Part shown: positions 26,020 to 38,057 of the stretch, piece after piece
Layout of the letters: every line of letters begins with the position of its first letter
Numbering within the stretch: the stretch's first letter is position 1
From: Pavona decussata
Taxonomy: Eukaryota
Assembly (NCBI GenBank): GCA_977016875.1
Contig: CDRNST010000104.1
Span: 5,332,001 to 5,396,000, forward strand
Length of the DNA stretch: 64,000 bases
Reading direction: 5' to 3'
Translations under genes and position numbers: made by a program
The notes under the pieces: generated by a model
The model's input: only the letters and a program-made list of their open reading frames with translations
Told to the model about the DNA's origin: nothing
Databases searched by the model: none

Positions 26020-29000
26020 TCAAAAGTGCATCACTCACCTTCTGCCACATAGAAGTTGCCTATCAGTCCATTTGGCAGGGCAAGAGACTGAAACTTAAGG
26101 CTATGCAACCTGTTGTTCTCCTGGTCTGGTCTGGTCTGGGCAGAAAATACCATCTATGAAACCACACCGGTTCTGTAAAGAGGCCCCCTTCACAGCAACA
26201 GCATCAATGTAGATCTGTAGATCATCAGGGCTTAGAACAGTGGGATTCCACTGAGAAATTCTATAACTATGTGTTAAGATGACAGAACACAAACTGGATA
26301 GAGCGCGCGCACGCATTGACTGATTTGAATTGTCCTAAGCATTTTTGAGTTTCATAAGTAAGTTACGCGAACTTTGTCACGTGAGCGCGATGTCTCGTAG
26401 AGTTTAGTGCCAACCCCGTTACTGTTTTGAGGGGGTTTTTTGGGCCGAATTTAGTCCCTTTTTTAAGAAGAGTTTTCCGCAACTGCTTGTGAACATTTTT
26501 CTGGCGACCATGACGGCAGAAAGGTATGAACTGGTGTTTGTTTTGAGGTTTCGTTTGTGAATTGAGTTTTGAGTAAGCTCGTAGCAATCTGTCGTGTTCT
26601 CACTTGATGACCTGTTTATGTTCACGGTTTTGGCCGCGCGGACGTATTGCATCTTGTCCTGCCTCAATCGCTTTTTGTACTTCTTTTCCGATGTTTCAAA
26701 CTCTTAAAAAGCTTCGTTTTTTCCAGAATCGTCTCCCACTTTGACATAGAACGCGGGCAGTTCCTCTAAAATTCCTGTGCATTTTCTAGGGCTGCCCACA
26801 GCTGCTAAATTGCACTTTCGATGACGGTTACTTCGGGTTTCTTTACGCAAAGTCTTTCCAGTTCATGTTGTAGTTAGGTAACTTTCGTTTTTGCAGTATG
26901 TTTTCAACTTTTATCTGTATCAACAGAAGAGTCACTGCCCCCGAATACGAGGAGGCCAAACAGGTTTTAAAAACGAAGTATGGTGGTGCACGACAGCTAC
27001 ATGGATCAACTAGAAGAGATGGAACCCTGCATAGTTTGCTGCTAAAGAAGTTGCCTGAACATCAGCTACAGAAGTACAGCCGCTGGTTAAACAAACACGC
27101 CAGAGAAAAATCAGTCGTAGCTGTTAGAGACTGGCTGAAAGACAAAGTCAGATTCCGAGTAGAAGCGGCGGAAATGGTGAATGGGATCAAATCGAAACCA
27201 GTCGAGTACGCAAGACCACCGAGAGCACCAAGGTACTAGGATCAGAGCAGGATACGAAATTTTCATACCGCTGCGATGGGAAATGATCCAAGGAACACGC
27301 GGCCTCCCTGTTCTCTCTGTAGCAGTTTCGATCACAGTGTGTGGTTTTGTAAGCAGTTCTATGACAAAGGGGTAGATGACCGTTGGCAGATCGCTAAAGA
27401 AAGAAAGCTGTCTTTTCGTTGCCTAGCCAACGATCATAGAGGGAAAGACTGTACAAAGGCCTGCATATGTGGAATCAATGGTTGCTCTTGAAATCATCAC
27501 CGCCTTCTCATAGGAAGAAAAGTGTTGGCAGAAACCAGACCGATGACTATGTTGCTCTATGTTGACGATGGGAGACGCCCAGTAGTTCCAAGGGAGGAGG
27601 TGCCCGCAGTGACCCTGACCCTGACCAGCTGTAATGCCGAAAAGCTCACAGAGTCTTAAGCGTTACTAACTGTCCCCATATGGATGAAGGCTAATGGAAG
27701 AAAAGTAAAGATAAACGCTATTCTAGACGACGCATCAAACAAAACTTTCCTGAACAAAGAAGTTCCTGCAGGTACTGGGACTGCAAGAACCTTTTCAGAA
27801 AGTTCAAGTTCGTGTTATCAACGATACAGTGGAAACCTTTCAGTCCACGCCGTTAAAGATTGAAGTAGAAAGTGTCGATGGGAGGTTTTCAAAAGAAATC
27901 AGCGTAAAAACGTGCCCGAAGAAAGTCACAGGCAATTACAGAGTCATGAACTGGACCGAACATCAGAACAAATGGCCTCACCTGACCCAGTGCAGTTTTG
28001 CCAAGCCAGCAAACAATGGACTTGACGATCTTTTAATTGGATTTGATAACGCTGAACTCCGCTATTCCCATGTTGATCTTTGAGGGAGAGATGGTGGACC
28101 TATCGCCCGTCTCAGATCACTTGGGTGGAGCTGCGTTGGTGCTCCTGACAACAATGAAACTGCAAGAACACAATCTCATGTTATCCGTGCCTTGTTCACA
28201 AGGGAACCTGGACTGTGGAGCCAGGGAAAAGAATCTTGTTGCGACGACGATGCCAGCCTAAAGAGATTCTGGGAAATCAAGAAGTCTGGCACGATGACAG
28301 ACTAATATTCACCGAAGAAGAGAGACTAGCCTTAAATAAAGTGAAAGATTCTTTCAAGTATGAAAATGGAAGATATCCCGTAGCCGTTCCTTGGAAAGAT
28401 GACAAACCCGAGCTCCCTGACACTAAGCTGATGGCACTGTCTTGCCTCCGAAGCACCGAAAGAAATTTGAAGAAAGACAACCGCGTCGCCGAAGAGTATA
28501 AAGCAACTATCCAGGCCTATGTCGAAAAGGGATATTTACGAAAGCTTCCTTCAGACGAGCAGCTGCCGAATAACGTATGGTATTTGCTTGATTGTGCCGC
28601 TAAATGCGATGGAATTTCCCTGAATGATATGATCCATGCAGGGCCAAAATTACAGAAAGATCTTTTCAACATCCTTGTTCGTTTCCGTCGAGACCCTGTT
28701 GGTATCGCTTGTGACGTAAAGGAAATGTATCTCCAGATCGAGATTGAGGAGAAGGACAGTTCCCACTTCCGACTCTTGTGGAAAGACCTTCACCCCAACC
28801 GAGAGCCTGACGTATTCGAGTTTAGCTATGTAGTCTTTGGAAAGAATGCCGCCCCTATGGAGTCGCAGTTTGTTGCGCAGGAGAAAAAAACCAAGACTGC
28901 TATCCCCTTGCCACTGAGACGGTCCTTAAGTCAACCTATATGGACGATTCTATTGACAGTGTTGAAAACGGCGACGAATGAGTGGAGCTGTACCGTCAGT

Positions 29001-30006
29001 TGAAAGCACTATGGGGAGTTGCCAACATGCAAGCCAGAAAGTGGATCTCTAATTCACTGAAAGTTATTGAAGCTATTCCAACTCCGTGTGGAGTCAAGAC
29101 TGTCGTAAGACCAATTAACAAACTGATTCCTCTTGGAATTAATTGCTAATCAGTTATTTAGAAACACACTAGGACTACCTCCCAGTGTGGGGAGGGGGAA
29201 TGTTAAGAAGACAGAACACAAACTGGTGTGCGTGAGGGATAGAGCGCGCGCACGCATAGACTGATTTGAATTGTCCTAAGCATTTTTGAATTTCGTAAGT
29301 TACGCGTCCTTTGTCGCGTGAGCGCGATGTTGGGAGTTGAGACGTTTTTTTGGGGATTTTTTCGTAGACTTTAGTGCCAACCACGTTACCGTTTTGAGGG
29401 TTTTTTTTTTTGGCCGATTATCGTCCCTTTTTTTAAGAAGAGTTTTCCGCAACTGCTTGCAAACACTATGTGTATCATAAACAAAGTCAAGCACATTGTT
29501 GCAAATCATGCTGAGTACTGGGACAGGCGAACCAAATCTCAGTATATCACTGTACCTACAAGGGTAGGCTAGCCTTCTAAGCAGGATACAGAGACCTTCC
29601 ATGCCACTTACAACACTTTGTTGATAGCATATGAAGCTGTCCAGTATTTGGAGTGCTCCAGCAAGAATTGGTAGGTCCCTTCTCTTAACTTTTAACTCGG
29701 CCAATCATTCATTTTCATACGAAAAGTCTGTGTTTTTCCTGCGAAAACTCTTCATAAAGTAAGAGTACCTCTTTATCATCTATTGTACCCTCATTATGGC
29801 TGAGAAGCAAGAGCCCTTGTAACTTGTGAAAAGACTTTTGCACTCTTAATTCGAATTTTCCCTTTGTTTACATGGGACATCTGTCATCCACAGAGAATGC
29901 ACGCTTAAGTCTAGAATTTTCCCACCATGAACAACGTTCTCAACCCAGTCCTCTCACGGCGCAGTTCGTGTTTGTCATCTCTTTCGTTGTCGATGCCTAA
30001 GGTCCC
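26020..30006 (-). mobile_element. PIF/Harbinger transposase pseudogene and terminus, split by the BEL insertion
   Basis: GMEGLCILLRRLAYPCRYSD..RFG.PVPVLSMI...DTH (29704-29466) continues as YRISQWN...GFIDG...FQSLALPNGLIGN (26271-26050). The terminus ...GCCTAAGGTCCC (ends 30006) is followed by TAA. Confidence 0.85.
26272..29465 (+). mobile_element. BEL/Pao LTR retrotransposon, internally deleted, with both LTRs and a 5-bp TSD
   Basis: LTRs 26272-26495 and 29201-29465 (TG...CA); TSD CTATG at 26267-26271 and 29466-29470. PBS TGGCGACC at 26502, PPT GGGGAGGGGGAA before 29201. Triple Cys/His gag knuckles, protease AILDDAS, RT SLNDMIHAGPKLQ..DVKEMYLQI..YMDD, integrase tail RPINKLIPL. Confidence 0.95.
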
Positions 30007-30297
30007 TAATGTCACCTGTGGTTGAATTTCTGTTCAAGCGCTCGGTATCCTTCAAGAACCCTGTATCAAATTGTCTGTGGTATTAACAGACACATCAGGA
30101 ATGTAAGTGGTGAGGATGGAGTAAACATGTTAGTGAGGAGTGACCGAACATAAGTCAAAGGAAATGTTTTGCATGCTACCTTTAACAATTGTAGTACTGA
30201 CTTTTTTTTAAACTCAAATTAATTACAAATCGTTTAGAAGTTTGATTTGTTCTGAGCAAATAAACTCTTTGTTTCTTTCCTCTCAATTGAAAGTTCT

Positions 30298-30468
30298 GGT
30301 TTTCTGTATCATATACAAAATACTAATAGATCTATTAGTATTCTGTATCATATACAGAATACTAATAGCTTAATTAGTGTTCTGTACCAGTTATACAGAA
30401 TACTTATAGATCTATTAGTATTCTGTATCAATTAGACAGAATACTAATTGAGCTATTACTATTCTGTA
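30298..30468. repeat. Array of ~38-40-bp self-complementary units
   Basis: CTATTAGTATTCTGTAT-cat-ATACAGAATACTAATAG (17-bp perfect arms) repeated about 4.5 times. Confidence 0.9.
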
Positions 30469-30639
30469 GCAATTCATTATCAATTCATAAACCCCCGTTT
30501 CTCCCTGCTAGCTTTTCAAACCCCACCCAAGCTTTCAGACAGCTGAGATTGGTATCAGGTTAACAGTGGTATCCATGTGAACTAAATTCGACTTTTGGAT
30601 TGGTTTACACCCTCATAAGTTAGTAATGAATTTTGTAAG

Positions 30640-32760
30640 ATATATCAGAAGCTAAATGCTTTGGACGTCTAACAGATGAAGTTTGTGATGCATTACAACT
30701 TCACGCCGATTTAAGTGTGTCATTCAGAAATGGGAAAAACCGCTGGATTTTGTAGCTTGAAGGCTCGTTTTTAGTCCTTTGGGCATTCACTTCGGGAACT
30801 ACCGAAAGCGTGTTGAATAAGTTCGGTTTCATTCGTTTGGAAAAAGGTGAGATCTTTTGGATGAGGACCTGAAGTGACTTCAAAGGAATGGAAATTTAGC
30901 GCAATAAAGCGACCACGCGCGGCAGAGTTTATTATCGTATCCTTTTGTTCTTGACGTGTGAATGAACTGCATAGAATGACTTGGGACTTTACATGCATTT
31001 AGTTTTTTTCGCAAAACATTTCCAAGTTCGATATGTATTTATGAAAATAGAGCATTTTGAGAGCTTCAAAAAGAGATCTTGAACAAGGCTTTTTGGTCAA
31101 TGTTGGCCGAAGTTCGATGTTTGTTTGTTGATTGTCAGTTCGAACTGCAAAGTTAATTTATGCGAAGCCGTCTTCTTCCGACGCGTGTGTGAATTCCCGA
31201 AGGTATTATTGCAGAGATTCTTGAATTTGAATAAAATTTAAGTTCATCCCGAAAATGTTGCTTTTTTATTTGTATTTTTTAACGAGAAGGTCGATTTGAC
31301 GGCCGTAAAATGTGGTCTGAATGAGTTTCTGTGGTCGAGATTTCTCAACGTTGCGCCGTCTTACAGTTCCGCAGCCGACTGCTCCTTCTCGTTTAGATTT
31401 TGAATTATTGAAGTTATTCCCTACAGAGTAAAAAAGTTGTTAGATGAATTTCACTTTCTTCTTTAAATAAATCGAATGAAGCCTGGATTTTTTATATTAC
31501 TGCGAACGCTGAGCATCCTGAGTTCTTGATATTAACAGCCGTGTTTACGTTTGATATTCAAGATCGTTCCGATAAGCACGTGCTTGATTATAAGCATAGA
31601 ATAAACTATAAAAGTTGAGAAATTATCGGATTATCAAAGAAAAGTTGCAGTCCGACAGCTTTGAAAAGTTTTTTGCGAATGAAACTGAGCTATTGTTCGT
31701 TCTCAGATGATAAACAAAAGGAAATTGTCACACATTTCCTCAAAGGGCCTTCCGATTTCTATAGTTGTCTTACATTCCCGAGTGACATCCGACGTGAACA
31801 GCGATGAATCGGCAATGAGTCTAAACAATAGCATGAATATATGAATACTAAACGACCCACGAAACGTGGGTACACACTTAAATCGACGTGAAGTTGTCAC
31901 GGTGTCTAACAAGAAGCAGCTTATAACATTTGTGAAATTTGTCTATGCTGAACTGAAAAAGAGAAGATGGCATTCCTATCAGCAAGCAACCTTCTTGAGA
32001 ATTCAAGCTCAACTATGTATTATGTAATAAAAGATGCTATTGTTGTGCAAGTAGAGGATGCTGGGATTGACAAAAGGAAGCTTACAAGTTTTTCCACGGA
32101 TGGAGCTTCAGTTATGACAGGGAAAAGAAATGTTGTTGCTGCAAGATTGCGAGCTGATACCAAAGAGTCAATAAACATACACTGCATCTCCCATCGCTTG
32201 GCATTGGCATGTGGTGATACCAATGACAGGATTTCCTACATCAAGGAAGTGGAGAAAGTTCTCCTCCAGTTGTGGAGTTTCTTTGAAAACTCAGCTAAGA
32301 AAAACGCAGCTTACGCAAATTAGCAACAGAGGCAAAAAAAAAGGTAAGAAAGTGATTCCAGAAGGTATGCAGAAGTAGATGGTTATCACCAGAAAAAGCA
32401 ATAGAAGGAGCTTAGGAGGATTATGAGGCATTGCTACAAACACTCCGAGTTTTCAAAGAACGTGGAGATGCGACTGCCACTGGTCTCCTACAGCAAACAA
32501 GCAACTTGAAATTTCTTGGCACCATATACTTGCTGCAAGAAGTACTCCGTATACTTGGCCACTTGAGCAAAACTTTCCAAGAAGGAGAAGTCTGTCTGAA
32601 ATTCATTGCTCCAGCGATAGACTACACAGCTGATCGTCTTGATGAAGTTTGTCATCAGCGTAAGCACTTGGCAAGATTAAAGGAAGACTTGACTGAGAAT
32701 GGTAAACTTCAAGCCTAACACCCCACATGGAGAAGCAGCTTAAGAGTTTAACCTCACAAA
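30640..32760 (+). pseudogene. hAT transposase (ZNF862-like) fragment, interrupted by an insertion
   Basis: FGRLTDEVCD | insertion | SNKKQLITFVKFV...FSTDGASVMTGK...IHCISHRLALAC...RSRWLS are hAT DE, DG and CxxH motifs. Confidence 0.85.
30691..31901. mobile_element. Non-autonomous DNA transposon (~1.2 kb, ~30-bp TIRs)
   Basis: ACAACTTCACGCCGATTTAAGTGTGT (30695-30720) is the reverse complement of ACACACTTAAATCGACGTGAAGTTGT (31872-31897) with one mismatch. The flanks rejoin into the hAT frame. TSD is ambiguous. Confidence 0.85.
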
Positions 32761-33138
32761 GCAGTTAATAACTTAGTTTTTTTCATCAATAGTGACGCTT
32801 TGCCTTTAACCAGTTAAGTATTGAGATCTACTAGGTCATCAAGCAGAATGCTATTACTTACATTCCTAAGCGAAGTAGAACTGTTACTTATCAACCCTCA
32901 TTTTTCATACGCTCATGCAGCACATGGAATGTTCTGCAGGCTGAACTTCGCACAAGCCACACCTCTCTAGCCTCATTTAAAAGTTTACTACTTTAATTCT
33001 CGGTTTTCAGCTGACGTCATTAGATTATGCAAATTAGGTTTCCGCCATGTTGGTGCCCATGTGCGGTGTGAAATTGTATGCAAATCTATGCCATTTCTAA
33101 GCGCTCACGTCAAAGTCTTCGAGTAATTCATCTCTCTA

Positions 33139-35864
33139 ATGGATATTTCCCAAGAAAGCGACCCAAAACCACAAGATGAGATACCAGTGCTTTCATCCTA
33201 CGCAAAAAATCTCGAAAGCGACGTCCGAGTGCGCTATTTAAAGAAAATTTCTGTGGTTGGCGTAGATCCAGCGGCCATACCGAGCGAGCAGTTCAGCTCA
33301 GAATGTTTGCCTCCTATAGAGGTCTCGGACTTGGTATCCTATTTAGTTTTGGAGACGAGTTACTACACAAATAAGCCATTTAAGGCCTTCAAAAGTTTGG
33401 AGGCATACAACCAAATGGTTTCTGGTTTTGTTGCGTCAGTTCAAGGGAAAGAAATCACGGGCAAGATTGTTGTTGTGCCCAAGGTGAGACATTCACAGCG
33501 AAAGAACCATCCTCTTGTGAACATTTGGATGATTGTAGAAAAGGACGGCACCATTATCTCCGCGCATTGCTTAGGCTGCAAGGCAGGACTGGCTGAATCC
33601 TGTTCTCATGTAGCAAGCGTGATGTTTTACGTCGAAGCTGTGACACGGATTCATGGAAAGCTCGCCTGTACACAAACGAAATGCATGTGGATTTTACCAA
33701 CATATGTCAACGAAGTATCGTATGCAAAGGTAAGGGACATAAACTTTTCGTCAGCTAAAAAACTCAAAAGCGCGCTGGAACAGAAAATCGAGACATTACA
33801 TCAAAATACTGGGGAAGGAAGCAAAACAGAAGAACGGTGCGATCAAACCAGTTTGCGTCCAATGCCATTCCATCATATGGAGAAATGCAGGAAGTCTATG
33901 CCAAACTTAACGCTTTCAAAATCAAAGCTGTAGCACTTAGCCTAATCGATCCCCATGCCAACCAATTTATTGATGGTAGCCGCACACTGCCAATTATTCC
34001 TGACTTGTTTGAAACGGAAAATCTTAAGCTGGACTACCCAGAATTAATCAAAATGTGTGTTGGAGTATCACTGGGTGTTCCTGAAGAACACATAAGCAAA
34101 GTAGAAATCAGCACACGTGCTCAAGCAAGTAGTTCTGGTTTTTATAGACATCGTGCTGGCAGAATTGGTACATCTCAGTGCTTTTCAGCCTTTCACACAA
34201 ACCTTGCTCAGCCCTCCCAGTCTTTGATCGAGACAATTTGTTACCCAGGCCTCTATAAAGTCAACACCAAAGCTACGAGGTACGGCCAAAAGCAGGAAAG
34301 TGATGCCATAAAGGCATATGAAACATCCATGAGAGCATGTCATGTGAATTTAGAGGTCAAGAAGTGTGGGTCATTCATCAACAAAGAGCATTCATTTCTT
34401 CATGCAACCCCTGATTTTCTTGTGTCCTGTGACTGCTGTGGAAGTGTAGGTGGAGAAGTTTAATGTCCAATAGTCATTGTTGATGGCAACTTTGAGGACT
34501 ATGTTAAACATAAAAATTCCTGCCTGGAAAAAGTTGATGGGAATTTACAGCTGAAAAAAAGTGACAGGTACTACTATCAAGTACAGCAGCAGCTTTTCTC
34601 AGTCCCAAATCTGCAATATGTTGACTTTGTTGTGTGTGCCATTGATAAGGCAAAAAACATTCATTCATTTGTGCAGCGTATATATCCAGATGTGCAGCAC
34701 TGGAACTTTGTTTTGCCTAAACTAGAATTATTCTGGAGAATATGCATTCTCCCAGAGATTTTGAGACGGTGGTACACCCGAAGGGGCACAGTACCACATA
34801 CACTACCAAGCAGGGATGCTTTTTGTTTTTGTCGCGCAGAAAGAGACGAGGACAGCATTTTATGTTGTAACAAGGACTGCCCTTATCAAAGGTTTCATCC
34901 GTCTTGTCTCTCTCTCACCTCTATCGCAATGCCAAAGACCTGGTACTGCCCTCACTGTTCCAGACCTCCTCAGTTCAAGAGGGAAAGGAATACCAGAAAA
35001 TCCGCACAACCTACTTTTGTGTCAGATCATGCAGAGATGAAACGTGATAGTATTTGTATTTGCAAGGCAAAGCCTACCCCCACCGACAAGTTAGTTGAGT
35101 GCCATGGAAAAAGCTGCAAAAATGGAAAATACTTCCACCTTGCTTGTCTTGATTTGAAGCGAATGCCGAACAATCGCAGAACTACCTGGAAATGCCCTGC
35201 CTGCAAAAAGGTTGCCCCTGCCCAAGCTACAACCACCTCTACCACTTGTTCTTCTTTGTCAGATTCCTCCAGTAGTGAGGATGAAAGTGATGTCGTTATA
35301 ACAAAAGTCACCCAGGGTGAAACTGATAAGACCAACGCATTGGCAAATCTAACAGACGACCATTTTGAATTAACTATTAACCCTACTGGATAGCTAGATT
35401 GTGATATCATCCAACGAGCTCATGTTTTATTACAGGCTGAGAATCCGGCAGTCGCAGGTTTTCAGCGACCAACACTTGGCCCTGTTAGAAATTTTGATGT
35501 TGTTAGTGGTGAATTTGTTCAAATTTTGCACACTGGGAATGATCATTGGGTGTGTGTGAGCTCAATTGGGTGTGTGCCTGGATATGTAAACCTTTTTGAT
35601 AGCCTCTATCATGACTCAGTCATAATTCAAGAAGTAGAGGAACAAACAAATGATTTGATAGGGGGACGTTTGATTGCCCTTGACCCAAAGCCAGTGCAGC
35701 AACAAAGCAATGGGAGTGACTGTGGGGTTTTTGCAGTTGCATTTGCCACCTGTTTAGTGTTTGGAGTAGACCCCACATTTATGAACTTTGATGTGCAAGG
35801 TATGAGACCTCATTTAGCAACATGTCTAAGAAATGGCCGAATCAGCTTGTTTCCTTCATTTTAA
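33139..35864 (+). pseudogene. SWIM - YqaJ/lambda exonuclease - PHD - PHD - Ulp1/C48-like protease fusion gene (one frameshift, two nonsense lesions)
   Basis: SWIM: AHCLGCKAGLAESCSH. YqaJ: [33 protein letters not shown]. PHDs: CFC..CCNKDC..FHPSC..WYCPHC and CIC..CHGKSC..FHLAC..WKCPAC. Protease: G*LDCDII, NDHWV, FDSL, QQQSNGSDCGVFAVAFA. ORFs 33837, 34632 and 35526 share one frame. Confidence 0.88.
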
Positions 35865-36019
35865 AAACAGATGATAATTTACAACAGTAAATGGAACATG
35901 GAAAATCGTCCGACTGTAATTTTGTATTTTATCATTTTCAGGCATTTCAATTTTTGATTCTGTGGCTTTGATTTAAAGCAATTCAGACAAAGCCTTCACA
36001 TAAAATATTAGGCAGCCAT

Positions 36020-36224
36020 TGTGTGATTCCAGATAATATCCACACCTCCCACATGGAAGGTTTAATTTTTTTTTTTTTGAGCCCTCCTTCCCCCCCCCCC
36101 CCCTGGAATTTCCAATTAAGGTTCATACTTTTCCTTATAAATTTTGGCTGTTGAGACCCCCTTCCTCTTGGAATTTCCAACGACCTTCCACGGGGAGGGA
36201 ATGAATATTTTCTGGAACCACACA
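36020..36224. mobile_element. MITE (~205 bp) inside the ISL2EU element
   Basis: TIRs TGTGTGATTCCAGATAATATCCA and TGAATATTTTCTGGAACCACACA. Confidence 0.8.
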
Positions 36225-37544
36225 TTCCCACCACCCATGCACTGCATGTCAGTAAGTGTGGGACACCTGTATTTCTTTTGCTGAAGAACACAAAGTCATA
36301 CCATTACAGATGTAACAATGTTTGCAAAAGCAGAATTCAAAGAAAATATTATACCTAAACGTAAAAGGGGAATGGACATTTAAAGGGCAGAGGCCATTAC
36401 ATTTTTTTACATGAGAAGTGAACACTGTTGTAAACTTAGAATATCCAGTAGCCGGAGCCATGATATAAATGAGCTTATTTATTACCTTTACAAATTCATA
36501 CCAATCCTCTAATTAAGCCACCCCTCTTTAGAAAAAGAAAGTTATTAAGCCATTCCTCCCCTTTCAAAAAAGATCTCTTACAAATTTTCGCTACTTTGAG
36601 ATTTGCGTATAATTTTTCTTTAATGTTCCCAACCCATGAAATAACACATGACAACGAATATGTGGGTAAAAGGGGTAGGGGATGAAGTACTTGAGTTTTC
36701 GATGCACATCCATCTTTAAGGATCATACAGGTCATGTGGCTTGGCAACGAGAGTGCTAAGCCTGACATGGGGTCCTCATCCCCAGGCCACTGGGAGGCTT
36801 TATTCCCATCTGTGGGGTCCTAATTCCCAGGCCCTGGCCTCACATGGGGTCTAATTCCCCAGGCCCGGAGAGGTACTTATCCTCTCGAAAAGACTGATCA
36901 TCAACCAACTATGTACTCATTGTTACCATATTAACACAGCTATCCTGGGGTCTGAGTCTATCAAGATAGGTGGAGCACTTTATCCCCTCCCAAATTTTAT
37001 AACATTTGTAACAAAGTCTCAATGGGAACAAAGACCCTCTAACAGGGTTAACATCACATAACACGTGAGCCAAAATAAATAATGGCACAAGTAATAATCA
37101 TTTCTCATGACATTGATGGCACTATGTAGAAAGTCACAAGGTTGATTAATTACTTTGAATAAAATCTGTATTCTGTACTATAATTATGTTGCAAATATGC
37201 AGACAAGACAATGTTTGGACCAATGTTTGGAAAGGTTAAGAGAATTATGAAGTGTACAACGGGAATGTGATGCATGCTTGCTGTAATGTGATAAGCCTAT
37301 AATGACACCGCATGTCATATGCACAAGGCTGGACTGACCTTTTGATGTAAACACAGAGGCCATTGCATTACAGATCTGTTTTCATAGAGACCTAAGCTGT
37401 TAACTATTGCAATTTCCCTTTCATGGTTGTCAAATTAACTTAAAATGATATTATCTAGCCCCTGAAATAAATTAAACACCCAGGTGGCTTAATCAGAAGA
37501 CTTAACACTTTCACTCCCAGAGTCAATTATGGAGACCTGTAATT

Positions 37545-38057
37545 TTAAAGTTCTTCGTTTCGATTTCCCTCTTCTTCTGTCGAAGTACTTGGCTGACTAA
37601 AGTCGATCTGAGCAACAGGAATAGAAGGAAGGCTGCTTTCTAAGCGCTTTTGACGTTTCTCTGCCACTTCGCGTTCTCGTTGTTCGACCGCAAGTTTCTG
37701 TCGTTTCTTTGCCCTTTCAGCTCTCTCTAGGTTCGCTTCATGGTCTAATTGAGGACTATAATTTTTCTTGCCCAGTTGCAATGTGGGCACCCAATCAACG
37801 TTGTGCTTATCCCAGGAAAGAGCTGGCTTCCCAGAAACAAAATGCTTGCCACATACCCGTTTGCTTGTGAGCACGTTTTTCGAAACCGTGTCTCCGCGAC
37901 TGATCGCTTTTACCCATTTTTCTCTCCGCTCTGTAGTCAGTTCTTCTTCAAATTCTCCTTTGTTGGTTGCCACTGAAGGTATTGGATAATATCCAATCCC
38001 TTTATCTCGGTCACTTCGACTTCCACAACCAAAAACAATGCAAAGCACCATTGCCAC
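37545..38057 (-). pseudogene. THAP-domain N-terminus of the ISL2EU transposase (DDE part not found)
   Basis: MVLCIVFGC...YPIP...RREKWVKAI...RVCGKHF...DWVPTL is the C2CH THAP signature. It starts ~110 bp inside the right TIR. Confidence 0.85.

Noticed and set aside
30298-30468. CRISPR repeats (palindromic ~37-mers)
   Set aside because: The units are adjacent with no spacers.
34632-35393. Host ING-family PHD gene
   Set aside because: It is in frame with the YqaJ and protease segments and lies inside TIRs with a TSD.
37545-38057. Domesticated host THAP gene
   Set aside because: It starts just inside the ISL2EU TIR in the position of the transposase, and appears truncated rather than independent.
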